Below are positions 20,293-29,145 of a stretch of 64,000 nucleotides of DNA, one piece after another. The stretch's first letter is position 1. Each line of letters begins with the position of its first letter. The position numbers were made by a program, and so were the translations under genes. The notes below the pieces were generated by a model. That model ran no database searches. It worked only from the letters and a program-made list of their open reading frames with translations, and was not told the DNA's origin. This DNA is from Sphingomonas sp. (GTDB lineage Bacteria > Pseudomonadota > Alphaproteobacteria > Sphingomonadales > Sphingomonadaceae): assembly GCF_019635455.1 (NCBI RefSeq), contig NZ_JAHBZJ010000009.1, positions 98,349 to 162,348 of the forward strand. The letters run 5' to 3'.

Positions 20293-21422
20293 CCGAAAGC
20301 CCCGGTTTCTTTCTCTATGTGCTCGCGTTCCTGCTGATGATCGGGCCGCTCGTGTTCGTACACGAGCTGGGCCATTATTTCGCGGGACGCTGGTTCGGGA
20401 TCAAGGCGGACGCCTTTTCGATCGGCTTCGGACGCGAGGTGGCGGGCTTTACCGACAAGCGCGGCACGCGGTGGAAGTTCGGCTGGCTGCCGCTTGGCGG
20501 CTATGTGAAATTCGCGGGCGACATGAACCCGGCCGGGCAGCCCAGCGCCGAATGGCTCGCCTTGCCGGCGGCCGAACGGGCGCAAACCTTTCAGGCAAAG
20601 CCGGTATGGCAGCGCGCGATCGTCGTTGCGGCCGGGCCGGTCACGAATTTCCTCGTCGCGATCCTGATCCTGGCGGGGTTCGGGATGATCGTCGGCGCGC
20701 CCAGCGGTGGCGCGACGATCGGTGAGGTTGATCGCGGTAGCCCCGCTGCGGTCGCCGGGCTGAACGCGGGCGATCGCATCGTGACGCTCGGCGGCAGGCC
20801 GATGGCGAATTTTCGCGAGGTTTCGCAATATGTGATGATGCGCCCGCACGAGCTCATCCCGGTTGGCGTCCGCCGCGATGGACGCGATCTGGTGATCGAT
20901 GTGAGCACGGGTGAGCGGCAGGAGCGGGACCGGTTCGGCAATATCTATCGCCTGGGCGTGCTGGGCGTCCGTTCCGGCCCGATCGAGCTGACCCCGGTGC
21001 CGCTGCTGCAAGCGCCGATCCACGGGGTGCGCGAAACGGTCCGCATCGTCCAGGGTACGCTGGACGGGCTGGGGCAGATCATCACCGGTCGGCGATCGGT
21101 CAACGAACTGGGCGGCCCGTTGCGAATCGCGCAGGTTTCCGGCGACGTCTTCGCGCTCGGGCCGGCGGCGTTCGTGATGCTGATCGCGTTCGTGTCGATA
21201 AATCTGGGGTTCATTAACCTGCTGCCAGTTCCAGTGCTGGATGGCGGCCATCTTCTGTTCTATGCGGTGGAAGCGGTGCGGCGGAAGCCCGTCGGCCCCG
21301 ATGTGATGGAATGGGCGTTTCGCGGCGGGATGGTGGCGATCCTGGCGCTGATGCTCCTGGTAACGTTCAACGATCTGGGCGCGTTTGGCGTCTGGAGAAA
21401 TCTGGCCGGGTTGATCGGCTGA
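20289..21422 (+). CDS. rseP: RIP metalloprotease RseP (site-2 protease with PDZ domain)
   Basis: HELGH, FSIGFG, PLGGYVK, AGPVTN, NLLPVPVLDGGH; TTG start inferred. Confidence 0.95.
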   Translation: MTESPGFFLYVLAFLLMIGPLVFVHELGHYFAGRWFGIKADAFSIGFGREVAGFTDKRGTRWKFGWLPLGGYVKFAGDMNPAGQPSAEWLALPAAERAQTFQAKPVWQRAIVVAAGPVTNFLVAILILAGFGMIVGAPSGGATIGEVDRGSPAAVAGLNAGDRIVTLGGRPMANFREVSQYVMMRPHELIPVGVRRDGRDLVIDVSTGERQERDRFGNIYRLGVLGVRSGPIELTPVPLLQAPIHGVRETVRIVQGTLDGLGQIITGRRSVNELGGPLRIAQVSGDVFALGPAAFVMLIAFVSINLGFINLLPVPVLDGGHLLFYAVEAVRRKPVGPDVMEWAFRGGMVAILALMLLVTFNDLGAFGVWRNLAGLIG

Positions 21423-21492
21423 CGCGGTTGAGGCAGGGCGTGCAGCGGCCTGCGTTTCGGCCAACTAAAATCGTATCCGGCTTTGGGGTGGG

Positions 21493-24279
21493 ATGGTGAA
21501 TTCGAACAAGCTTTCCAAATTCGGCGCCCGCGCCACCGCCCTGCTGCTCGCCGGGACCATCCTGTCCGGGGTGATCGGCTCTGCCGAGGCACAGCGCCGG
21601 CAGCAGCCGCAGCGGATGGCCCAGCCCACCCGCGCCGCGCCCGAGCCAGTGGCCGAGGCCGCGCCGGTCGTTCCCGACACCGCGCCGCGGATCAAAACGC
21701 TGCGCGTCGAAGGGACCCAGCGGCTGGAGCCGGAAACGGTCCTGTCCTACACCAAGCTGCGGGCCGGCGTTCCCTACACGACCGAGAGCCTGGACCAGGC
21801 GATCCGCGACGTGCTGTCGAGCGACCTGATCGCCGACGTGACGATCGAGGGCGTCGAAACCGGCAACATCGTCCTGCGCGTGCGCGAAAATCCGGTGATC
21901 AACCGTGTCATCCTGGAAGGCAACAAGCGCCTGAAGGACGAGAAGATCACCAAGGAGATCAAGCTCGCCCCGCGTCAGATGTTCACGCGTACCGCCGTGC
22001 GCGCGGACGTGGCGCGCATCGTCGAACTGTATCGCCGGCAGGGCCGCTTCGCCGCGACCGTCGAGCCGAAGATGGTCAGCCTGGACCAGAATCGCGTCGA
22101 TATCGTCTTCGAAATCCGCGAAGGACCCAAGTCGAAGGTCCGCCAGATCAACATCATCGGCAACGAGGTGTTTTCCGACAGCAAGCTGCGCGGCGAGATG
22201 GTGACGAAACAGTCGCGCATCACCAGCATCTTCAGCTCGAACACCAGCTATGATCAGGACCGGCTGGCCTATGACCAGCAGAAGCTGCGGCAATTCTACC
22301 TGACCGAGGGCTATGCCGATTTCCGCGTCGTTTCGGCGGTTGCCGAGCTGACCCCGGACAAGAAGGATTTCATCATCACCTATGTCGTCGAGGAGGGGCC
22401 GCGCTACAAATTCGGTCCCGTCACCGTCGACAGCGACATTCGCGACTTTGACGACAAGGCGCTGGCCGCGCGTCTGCCGGTGAAGGAAGGGGATTGGTAC
22501 AACGCCAAGATGGTCGAGGACACGGTCGATTCGCTGTCCGAGGCGGCGGGATCGCGCGGCTATGCCTTTGCCGATGTGAACCCGGAATTCCGGCGCGATC
22601 GCGAGAAGTTGACGATGACGATCAACTTCAACATCGCCGAGGCCAAGCGCACCTATGTCGAGCGGATCGACATTACCGGCAACACCCAGACGCAGGACAA
22701 GGTGATCCGGCGCGAAATGCGCCTGGCCGAGGGCGACGCGTTCAACACCTTCCTGATCAAGCGGTCGCAGGACCGCATCAATTCGCTCGGCTATTTCCAG
22801 GACAAGTTCGAGATCGAGCAGAAGGAAGGCTCGTCGCCCGATCGCGTGATCCTGACCGCCAATGTCGAGGAGAAATCGACCGGCGAACTGACCCTGTCGG
22901 CCGGGTTCTCCAGCCTCGAACGGTTCATCTTCCAGGGATCGATCCGCCAGCGCAATTTCCGCGGCAAGGGCCAGGATCTGCGCCTGTCGGCCGATTATTC
23001 GAGCTATTCCAAGTCGGTCGAGGTCGGCTTTACCGAGCCGTATCTGTTCGATCAGAACATCGCGCTGGGCGGCACCCTGTTCCGCCGCGACTATAACTCG
23101 TTCAACTATGTCGGCAGCGATCGGCGCACGACTTACGATCAGGTATCGACCGGCGGCCAGCTGGTCGCGGGCGTTCCGTTGACCGAATATTGGACGGGTT
23201 CGCTGCGCTATTCGCTCACCCATGATTCGGTGACGCTGGACGAGGCGACCTTCTTCACCAACGGGGCCTGCGATCCGCTCAAGGCGGGGCGCTACCTTTG
23301 CGAGGCGCTGGGCAAGCGCTGGACCTCTGCGGTCGGCGTGTCGCTGATCTATGACAGCCTGAACAGCCGCCTGCATCCCACCGCCGGCCAGCGGCTGGTG
23401 GTCGGCGGCGATTTCGCGGGGCTTGGCGGCGACGTCAAATATCTGCGCGCGCGCTTCGACGGCGATAAATACTGGAATATCGGTGGCGGCTGGGTGCTGT
23501 CGGCGGGCGCCGAGGGCGGCTATATCCACAGCCTGGAAAAGAGCCCCGGTGCGGGTATCGATCCGGTTCGCCTGACCGACCGTTTCTTCCTGGGCGAGCC
23601 GCAGTTCCGCGGCTTCGACATTCGCGGCGTCGGTCCGCGCATCGAACGCGTGGGCTATACCGGCACGGTGGCGGGCGGCGATCAGACGCTGATCACCGAC
23701 AAGAACCAGATCTACAGCGACGCGATCGGCGGCCGCGCCTATTATCTGGGCAAGATCGAGCTGGAGATCCCGCTTGGCGCCGGCGCGCGTGAAATGGGCA
23801 TCCGTCCGTCAATCTATGTGATGGCGGGTGCGAACTGGGGCGTGACGCGCCCGAACAAGACCGCCGCCTTCGCCCAGGCGACCGACGGATCGGGGAACCT
23901 GCTCTACAATGCCGATGGATCGCCCTCGCTGTTGCCGATCCAGACGCCGCAATATGATTCGTCGGGCCGTCCGATTTACGTCGTCCCGTCCACCGACGTG
24001 ACCGCGCCGGGTGCGCTGACCACCTGTTCGGTCGGTTATTCCTCGACCCTGGGCGGTGCCTGTTCCGGCACGTCGATCAACACGGCCTATTATGTCCAGA
24101 CCGATCCGTTCCTAGAACGGTTCCTGGGCAATTCGCCCAAGCCGCGCCTCTCGGTCGGCATCGGCGCGAACTGGAATTCGCCGTTCGGGCCGCTGCGCCT
24201 CGATCTGGCCTACGCCTTCCTCAAGCAGAGGGGCGACGACGACAAACTCTTCAGCTTCAACGTAGGGACTTCCTTCTGA
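21493..24279 (+). CDS. bamA: Outer membrane protein assembly factor BamA, with a long C-terminal loop insertion
   Basis: POTRA repeats (VEGTQRL, ILEGNKRL, ITGNTQTQDKVIRRE), FRGFDIRGVGP loop-6 motif, WNSPFGPLRLD, terminal FNVGTSF. Confidence 0.97.
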   Translation: MVNSNKLSKFGARATALLLAGTILSGVIGSAEAQRRQQPQRMAQPTRAAPEPVAEAAPVVPDTAPRIKTLRVEGTQRLEPETVLSYTKLRAGVPYTTESLDQAIRDVLSSDLIADVTIEGVETGNIVLRVRENPVINRVILEGNKRLKDEKITKEIKLAPRQMFTRTAVRADVARIVELYRRQGRFAATVEPKMVSLDQNRVDIVFEIREGPKSKVRQINIIGNEVFSDSKLRGEMVTKQSRITSIFSSNTSYDQDRLAYDQQKLRQFYLTEGYADFRVVSAVAELTPDKKDFIITYVVEEGPRYKFGPVTVDSDIRDFDDKALAARLPVKEGDWYNAKMVEDTVDSLSEAAGSRGYAFADVNPEFRRDREKLTMTINFNIAEAKRTYVERIDITGNTQTQDKVIRREMRLAEGDAFNTFLIKRSQDRINSLGYFQDKFEIEQKEGSSPDRVILTANVEEKSTGELTLSAGFSSLERFIFQGSIRQRNFRGKGQDLRLSADYSSYSKSVEVGFTEPYLFDQNIALGGTLFRRDYNSFNYVGSDRRTTYDQVSTGGQLVAGVPLTEYWTGSLRYSLTHDSVTLDEATFFTNGACDPLKAGRYLCEALGKRWTSAVGVSLIYDSLNSRLHPTAGQRLVVGGDFAGLGGDVKYLRARFDGDKYWNIGGGWVLSAGAEGGYIHSLEKSPGAGIDPVRLTDRFFLGEPQFRGFDIRGVGPRIERVGYTGTVAGGDQTLITDKNQIYSDAIGGRAYYLGKIELEIPLGAGAREMGIRPSIYVMAGANWGVTRPNKTAAFAQATDGSGNLLYNADGSPSLLPIQTPQYDSSGRPIYVVPSTDVTAPGALTTCSVGYSSTLGGACSGTSINTAYYVQTDPFLERFLGNSPKPRLSVGIGANWNSPFGPLRLDLAYAFLKQRGDDDKLFSFNVGTSF

Positions 24280-24896
24280 TGCGTAATACCAAGTTCATTC
24301 TCGCCTCGCTGGCTCTTGCCGGCGCCTCGCTCGGCGCGGGTACCGCCGCCGCCCAGGCGCTCGCCGACGCGAAGGTCGCCGTGGTCGATGTCGAAAAGGT
24401 CATGGGGACCTGCACCGCGTGCGTGGCCGCCAATGCGCAGCTCCAGACGCAGCGCCAGGCACTGGTCACCTTCGCGCAGCAGCAGGGCCAGCCGCTCCAG
24501 ACCGAGGAAAACGCGCTGCAAGCGGCGCTGAAGGCCGCCAACGGCAAGCCGGACGCCGCGCTCACCACCCGCATCCAGGCGTTCCAGACCAAGCAGCAGA
24601 CCGCGCAGAACCAGTTCAACGAGCGTCAGCAGACGTTCCAGCGCAACGTGCAATATGTCCAGCAGCAGATCGCGCAGAAGATGATGCCGGTCGTGCAGCA
24701 GATCGCGCAGCAGCGTGGCGCCTCGCTCGCGATCGCCAAGGACAGCCTGTTGTTCGCCGCGACCAGCATCGACATTTCCGATGCGGTGCTGGCCACGCTG
24801 AACCAGCAGCTGCCGAGCGTGCAGACGGTGGCGCCGCCCCCGCAGCAGCCCGCCCAGACGCCCGCGCCGGCCCCGACCCAGCCGCAGGGCCGGTGA
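24279..24896 (+). CDS. skp: OmpH/Skp periplasmic chaperone
   Basis: Signal peptide, [11 protein letters not shown]-rich coiled coil, IDISDAVL; directly after bamA. Confidence 0.88.
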   Translation: MRNTKFILASLALAGASLGAGTAAAQALADAKVAVVDVEKVMGTCTACVAANAQLQTQRQALVTFAQQQGQPLQTEENALQAALKAANGKPDAALTTRIQAFQTKQQTAQNQFNERQQTFQRNVQYVQQQIAQKMMPVVQQIAQQRGASLAIAKDSLLFAATSIDISDAVLATLNQQLPSVQTVAPPPQQPAQTPAPAPTQPQGR

Positions 24897-25372
24897 GCGA
24901 GGCCGCGCAACCGGGGGCGTCGATCGGTCCGCTCGATATCGGGCGGGTCATGGCGGCGCTCCCGCATCGCTACCCCTTGCTGCTCGTCGATCGGGTCGAG
25001 GAACTGATCCCCGACCATCGCATCGTCGCGATCAAGGCGGTGACGATGAACGAGCAGTTCTTTCAGGGGCATTTCCCCGGCCGGCCGATCATGCCGGGCG
25101 TGTTGCAGGTCGAGGCGCTGGCGCAGGCCGCCGGCGTGCTCGCGGTGGAAAGCCTGGGCCTCGCCGGATCGGGGAAGCTCGTCTATTTCATGTCGATCGA
25201 CGGGGTGAAGTTTCGCAAGCCCGTCGAACCGGGCGTGTTGCTACGTCTCGAATGCGAATTCGTGCAGAAGCGGTCGCGCATCTGCAAGTTCGCGGGCAAG
25301 GCGTATCTGGGCGACGAACTCGCCACCGAATGCGAATTCACCGCGATGATCGCGGATCCGCCCTCGGCCTGA
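24893..25372 (+). CDS. fabZ: 3-hydroxyacyl-ACP dehydratase
   Basis: [39 protein letters not shown]; GTG start overlapping the skp stop. Confidence 0.97.
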   Translation: MSEAAQPGASIGPLDIGRVMAALPHRYPLLLVDRVEELIPDHRIVAIKAVTMNEQFFQGHFPGRPIMPGVLQVEALAQAAGVLAVESLGLAGSGKLVYFMSIDGVKFRKPVEPGVLLRLECEFVQKRSRICKFAGKAYLGDELATECEFTAMIADPPSA

Positions 25373-25805
25373 CCGGATCGCCGCGCTGCGCTTTGTCGGC
25401 TTCGCGGCGCTTCTTCGCCGCCCTCCGCTCCGCCCGCCGCGCGTCGCGTTCGTAACGCGCTCGCCCGGCAGGCGTCGCGCGGCGCATCACACCGACGATG
25501 ACGGTGCTCTCGGACTCCTGCGCCGCATCGACGCGCGGCGGCGCGGGCGCATCCTGCGCGGCGAGCGGCGTGGCGCCGATGGCCGCCGCCAGCGCGGCGA
25601 CTGCGGCGTGGCCCGCGATGCTGTAGCGGACGCAGGGCGGGCCGTTCGCGCCGGCCATAATTCGCAGCCGCTCCGCCTCCGAAACCGAGTCGAGGTCGAT
25701 GACGACCGTTCGACATTGACGGCACAGATTGCCGTCGATCACCGTTTCGATGCGGTCGGCGAGCGGACAATGCTGCTCCAGGTCCGGATATCGCGACATG
25801 GTCAT
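25338..25805 (-). CDS. Hypothetical protein: Cys4 N-terminal domain, internal signal-like helix, basic tail
   Basis: Cys pattern HCP..LCRQC..PPCVRY, then [19 protein letters not shown] and STVIVGV; GC3-rich codons; converges on fabZ with a 35-bp overlap. Confidence 0.6.
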   Translation of the reverse strand: MTMSRYPDLEQHCPLADRIETVIDGNLCRQCRTVVIDLDSVSEAERLRIMAGANGPPCVRYSIAGHAAVAALAAAIGATPLAAQDAPAPPRVDAAQESESTVIVGVMRRATPAGRARYERDARRAERRAAKKRREADKAQRGDPVRPRADPRSSR

Positions 25806-25976
25806 GTCGAAGGGGCGATCTCGGGACGATAAGGCATGAAACTCTCCAGCCCGGATGAGGCTGTCACGGGGAACGGGCGGCGCAAAGCCGGGGGGTTGCC
25901 TCTCGCGCCGCGCCTGTGTACTGCGCCGCGTCCGCTGCCGGTCGGAAACCGGCGGCTCAGTTCAAGGAATTGACCC

Positions 25977-26207
25977 GTGAAGAAAGACACGCACCCCGCC
26001 TATCACATGATCAAGGTGCAGATGACCGACGGCACCGTGTTCGAAACCCGCTCCACCTGGGGTAAGGAAGGCGACACAATGCAGCTCGACATCGATCCGC
26101 TGGCGCATCCGGCATGGACCGGCGGCACCAAGCAGCTGCTGGATGCCGGTGGCCAGGTGGCGCGCTTCAACAAGCGCTTTGGCGGGCTTTCGCTCGGCAA
26201 GAAGTGA
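25977..26207 (+). CDS. rpmE: 50S ribosomal protein L31 (no CxxC motifs)
   Basis: [40 protein letters not shown]; GTG start. Confidence 0.97.
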   Translation: MKKDTHPAYHMIKVQMTDGTVFETRSTWGKEGDTMQLDIDPLAHPAWTGGTKQLLDAGGQVARFNKRFGGLSLGKK

Positions 26208-26226
26208 TCGCGCGGGGCTGACGGCG

Positions 26227-26241
26227 TTAACGCGCCGTTAG
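26227..26241. promoter_or_regulatory. CtrA-like box upstream of the PilZ gene
   Basis: TTAA-cgcgccg-TTAG, one mismatch to TTAA-N7-TTAA, 24 bp before the ATG; TTAA is rare at this GC content. Confidence 0.55.
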
Positions 26242-26264
26242 CCATCGCAGCCTAGGCTTGCCCC

Positions 26265-26594
26265 ATGGTTTCATCGGGCAAGCGCAGCTTTACGGCAGAA
26301 TTCGAACCCGCGGTGCTCGGCCGGCGGCGCAGTCCGCGCGCGCCGGTGTCGCTGGACGCGCGGGTGGGACGCGGCGGTCTGGACCGCGCGCTGTGCAAGG
26401 TGGTCGATCTGTCGTTGAACGGCGCGAAGATCGAAACCTTTTCCGAACTGCGCCGCGACAGCGTGATCTGGCTGACCCTGCCGCGCGTCGGCCATTGGGC
26501 CGCGCGGGTGGTATGGTCCACCGATTTCGAGGCTGGCCTGGAATTCCAGATCGCGCTGACCGAAGAGGATTTCGAAGCGCTCACCGCCAGCTGA
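26265..26594 (+). CDS. Stand-alone PilZ domain (c-di-GMP receptor)
   Basis: RRRSPR (RxxxR) and DLSLNGA (D/NxSxxG) motifs, C-terminal AGLEF. Confidence 0.9.
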   Translation: MVSSGKRSFTAEFEPAVLGRRRSPRAPVSLDARVGRGGLDRALCKVVDLSLNGAKIETFSELRRDSVIWLTLPRVGHWAARVVWSTDFEAGLEFQIALTEEDFEALTAS

Positions 26595-26667
26595 TCGCCG
26601 GATCATCGGGCAGTCCGGCCGGACGCATGATGATCGCGGCAACCCGCTTGCCCGTTTCGGTCCGTCG

Positions 26668-27684
26668 CTATTCGCGCACCGGGACGCAGGGGCGCAGCGA
26701 GCCGCAGGCGCTGCCGGCTTCCGCGCTCGACGCGAACGGCCCCACCAGAACCTTGGTCAGACGCCCCGATTTCACGTAGAAGACCCGGCGGCCCGGAAAG
26801 CGCCCGGCCACCTGTCCCCACAGTTTCTGCGCATTGCCCGGCTCGCCGAACGCGCCCAGCTGAACCTTCCACCCCCCGTCGCGGACCGCCGTCGGTTCGG
26901 CGGCGGCCGGGGGCGGGGCGGCGGGCTGGGGAGCGGGGCGCTTCGGCGCGGGGCGGACGATCGGCGGCATCGGCTGCGCCTCCGCGACCTGCGCCGGCGG
27001 CGTGTCCGGCGCAGTCTGGGGCGCCTGATAGGCGGTCGATGGCGGCAATTCGGTGCGGCCGATCGGGCGGGTCGGTCCCGACTTCACGGGCGGCGGCGCG
27101 CTCGCAACCTGCGGGCGGCCTTCGTCACGCTCATATTGGCGGGCGAGTTCCAGCGCCTTTTGCCGGTCGGGAAGCGAGATGAACCCATCCATCTGCGCCT
27201 GCGCCTTTCCGGCCTGGGGCAACCCCTTCGCGGTCGCGCGGGCGATCAGCGCATAGGCGCGAACCCAGTCCTTTGCCACGCCGTCGCCATTATAGAGTTG
27301 GACGCCCAGCACATATTGCGCGCGCGGGTCCCCGCGTGCGGCGCCCTTTTCAAGCCATGGCACCGCCTGCATCCGCTTGCCGTTTTCGAACAGGGTCAGG
27401 CCGTAATTGACCTCCGCCTGCGGGTGGCCTTGCAGCGCCGCCTTGCGGAACCATTCCTCTGCCATGCCGGTATCGGCGGGAACGCCGCGACCGAGGCGAT
27501 AGGCCTGGCCGAGGTTGAACTGCGCGTCGGGATCGCCGGCAACGGCCGGCCCCCGCCATTCGGCGATCGCTTTCGCATATTCGCCCCGTTGCCAGGCATC
27601 GACCCCCGCCTTCACATCGGCGAACGCCGGTGCGCCTGCCACTGCGGCCCCCGCCAACAGTGCCGCGACCGTCCATTTCCTCAT
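26668..27684 (-). CDS. Sel1-repeat plus C-terminal SPOR domain protein, secreted
   Basis: Signal peptide; Sel1 repeats (GDPDAQFNLGQAYRLGRGVPAD, GDPRAQYVLGVQLYNGDGV); Pro-rich linker; SPOR motif WKVQLGAFGEPGNA...KVLVGPF. Confidence 0.9.
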   Translation of the reverse strand: MRKWTVAALLAGAAVAGAPAFADVKAGVDAWQRGEYAKAIAEWRGPAVAGDPDAQFNLGQAYRLGRGVPADTGMAEEWFRKAALQGHPQAEVNYGLTLFENGKRMQAVPWLEKGAARGDPRAQYVLGVQLYNGDGVAKDWVRAYALIARATAKGLPQAGKAQAQMDGFISLPDRQKALELARQYERDEGRPQVASAPPPVKSGPTRPIGRTELPPSTAYQAPQTAPDTPPAQVAEAQPMPPIVRPAPKRPAPQPAAPPPAAAEPTAVRDGGWKVQLGAFGEPGNAQKLWGQVAGRFPGRRVFYVKSGRLTKVLVGPFASSAEAGSACGSLRPCVPVRE

Positions 27685-27748
27685 CCGCAAGTCCCCGATC
27701 CCATCGCCGGCGATCATGCCAGCTAACCCCCGTCTGGCCAAGTCATGG

Positions 27749-27812
27749 TTACCCACAGCTTAAGATCAGGATGGGACAGGGCGGCGAACGGGTGGCGTTA
27801 ACGGCTTCTTAG
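27749..27812. promoter_or_regulatory. Two CtrA-like boxes in the divergent promoter between the Sel1-SPOR and ParA genes
   Basis: TTAC-N7-TTAA at 27749-27763 and TTAA-N7-TTAG at 27798-27812. Confidence 0.6.
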
Positions 27813-27863
27813 GGTCCGACTGGCAATCCAGCATCGGGTAACCGGGATTTTTTCGAGGGGTAG

Positions 27864-28577
27864 ATGCGCGTACTGGCGATGGCATCGCAGAAAGGCGGAT
27901 CGGGCAAGACGACGCTGAGCGGACACCTGGCGGTGCAGGCTCAGCGCGCGGGTGCCGGCCCCGTCGTCCTGATCGACATCGATCCCCAGGGGTCGCTGTC
28001 GGATTGGTGGAACGAGCGCGAGACGGAGTTTCCCGCTTTTGCCCAGACCACGGTCGCGCGGCTCGCCGCCGATCTGGAGGTGCTTCGCCAGCAGGGCTTT
28101 CGCCTGGCGGTGATCGATACGCCCCCGGCCATCACCATGGCGATCCAGAGCGTGATCCAGGTCGCCGAACTCATCGTCATTCCGACGCGCCCCAGCCCGC
28201 ACGATCTGCGCGCCGTGGGCGCCACGGTCGATCTGTGCGATCGTGCCGGCAAGCCGCTGTTGTTCGTGGTCAACGCCGCGACACCCAAGGCGAAGATCAC
28301 CAGCGAGGCGGCGGTCGCGCTGTCGCAGCACGGGACGGTTGCGCCGGTCACGCTGCATCACCGCACCGATTTCGCCGCGTCGATGATCGACGGGCGCACG
28401 GTGATGGAGATCGATCCCAACGGCAAATCGGCCGGTGAGGTCGTGGCGCTATGGTCGTATATCAACGACCGGCTGGAAAAGAATTTTCGTCGCACCGTCT
28501 TCACCGCCCCGGCCGCGCCCCAGGCGGTATTCGCCGGGCGTCCGCAGGGTGGCTTCGGCCGCCGGGTGGTGAGCTGA
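27864..28577 (+). CDS. Short ParA/MinD-family ATPase (type Ib/ParF-like)
   Basis: Deviant Walker A SQKGGSGKTT, DIDPQGS, Walker B VIDTPP, PTRPSPHDL; no N-terminal HTH; C-terminal GGFGRR tail. Confidence 0.92.
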   Translation: MRVLAMASQKGGSGKTTLSGHLAVQAQRAGAGPVVLIDIDPQGSLSDWWNERETEFPAFAQTTVARLAADLEVLRQQGFRLAVIDTPPAITMAIQSVIQVAELIVIPTRPSPHDLRAVGATVDLCDRAGKPLLFVVNAATPKAKITSEAAVALSQHGTVAPVTLHHRTDFAASMIDGRTVMEIDPNGKSAGEVVALWSYINDRLEKNFRRTVFTAPAAPQAVFAGRPQGGFGRRVVS

Positions 28578-29128
28578 TGTTCGGCAACGCCAAGCCCGCC
28601 GCGTCGCTCTCTTCCGGGCTTCTCGCCCGCAAGGGGCAGGCGCGCCCCGCGATGCGCCCCCAGGGTTTTGTCGGCCTCGATCCCGGCACGTCGCTCGATG
28701 ATCTGGGCTGGAACGATATGGGCGACGACGCACCGCCGCCCGTTCCCGCGCCGACGCATCTGACGCCGCCCGCACCGGCCCCGGCTTCCGCGCCCGTTCC
28801 GCCCGTCGTGGCGCAGCGTGAGGCGCTGGAGCAGCATTATTCGCCACAGCCGGTCGCCGCCGCGCCCGAGCCGGACAGTGCGGCGCCGAAGCCGCCGGTT
28901 TCCAATGCGACCGCCGCGCGCATCAAGCGCGAAGTGACCGCGAAGAAGGGGAAGGCCGCCTTTACGCTGCGGCTCGACAACGAACGCCATCTCAAGCTGC
29001 GCCTCGCCTCGGCGGTCTCCGGCCGCTCGGCCCAGCTTCTCGTGACCGAGGCGCTTGACGCGTTTCTTGAAACTCTGCCCGAAGTCGGTGCGCTGGTCAG
29101 CCAGCTGCCGCTCGGGAAGGCTCGTTGA
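28577..29128 (+). CDS. Hypothetical protein with a C-terminal ribbon-helix-helix-like domain (ParG/CopG-like)
   Basis: TGATG coupling to the ParA stop; Pro-rich middle region; KAAFTLRLDNERHLKLRLASAVSGRSAQLLVTEALDAFL. Confidence 0.75.
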   Translation: MFGNAKPAASLSSGLLARKGQARPAMRPQGFVGLDPGTSLDDLGWNDMGDDAPPPVPAPTHLTPPAPAPASAPVPPVVAQREALEQHYSPQPVAAAPEPDSAAPKPPVSNATAARIKREVTAKKGKAAFTLRLDNERHLKLRLASAVSGRSAQLLVTEALDAFLETLPEVGALVSQLPLGKAR

Positions 29129-29145
29129 TCAGGGGGATTTGAGCC

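Noticed and set aside
25977-26207. Zinc-free L31 as a sign of a Zur-regulated paralogue
   Set aside because: Cys-less L31 is the usual form in Alphaproteobacteria, and no Zur box or rpmJ partner is evident.
27864-29128. ParA-RHH pair as evidence of an integrated plasmid
   Set aside because: Host-like codon usage, no rep, tra or integrase genes, no boundary repeats, and tight coupling to envelope SPOR genes.
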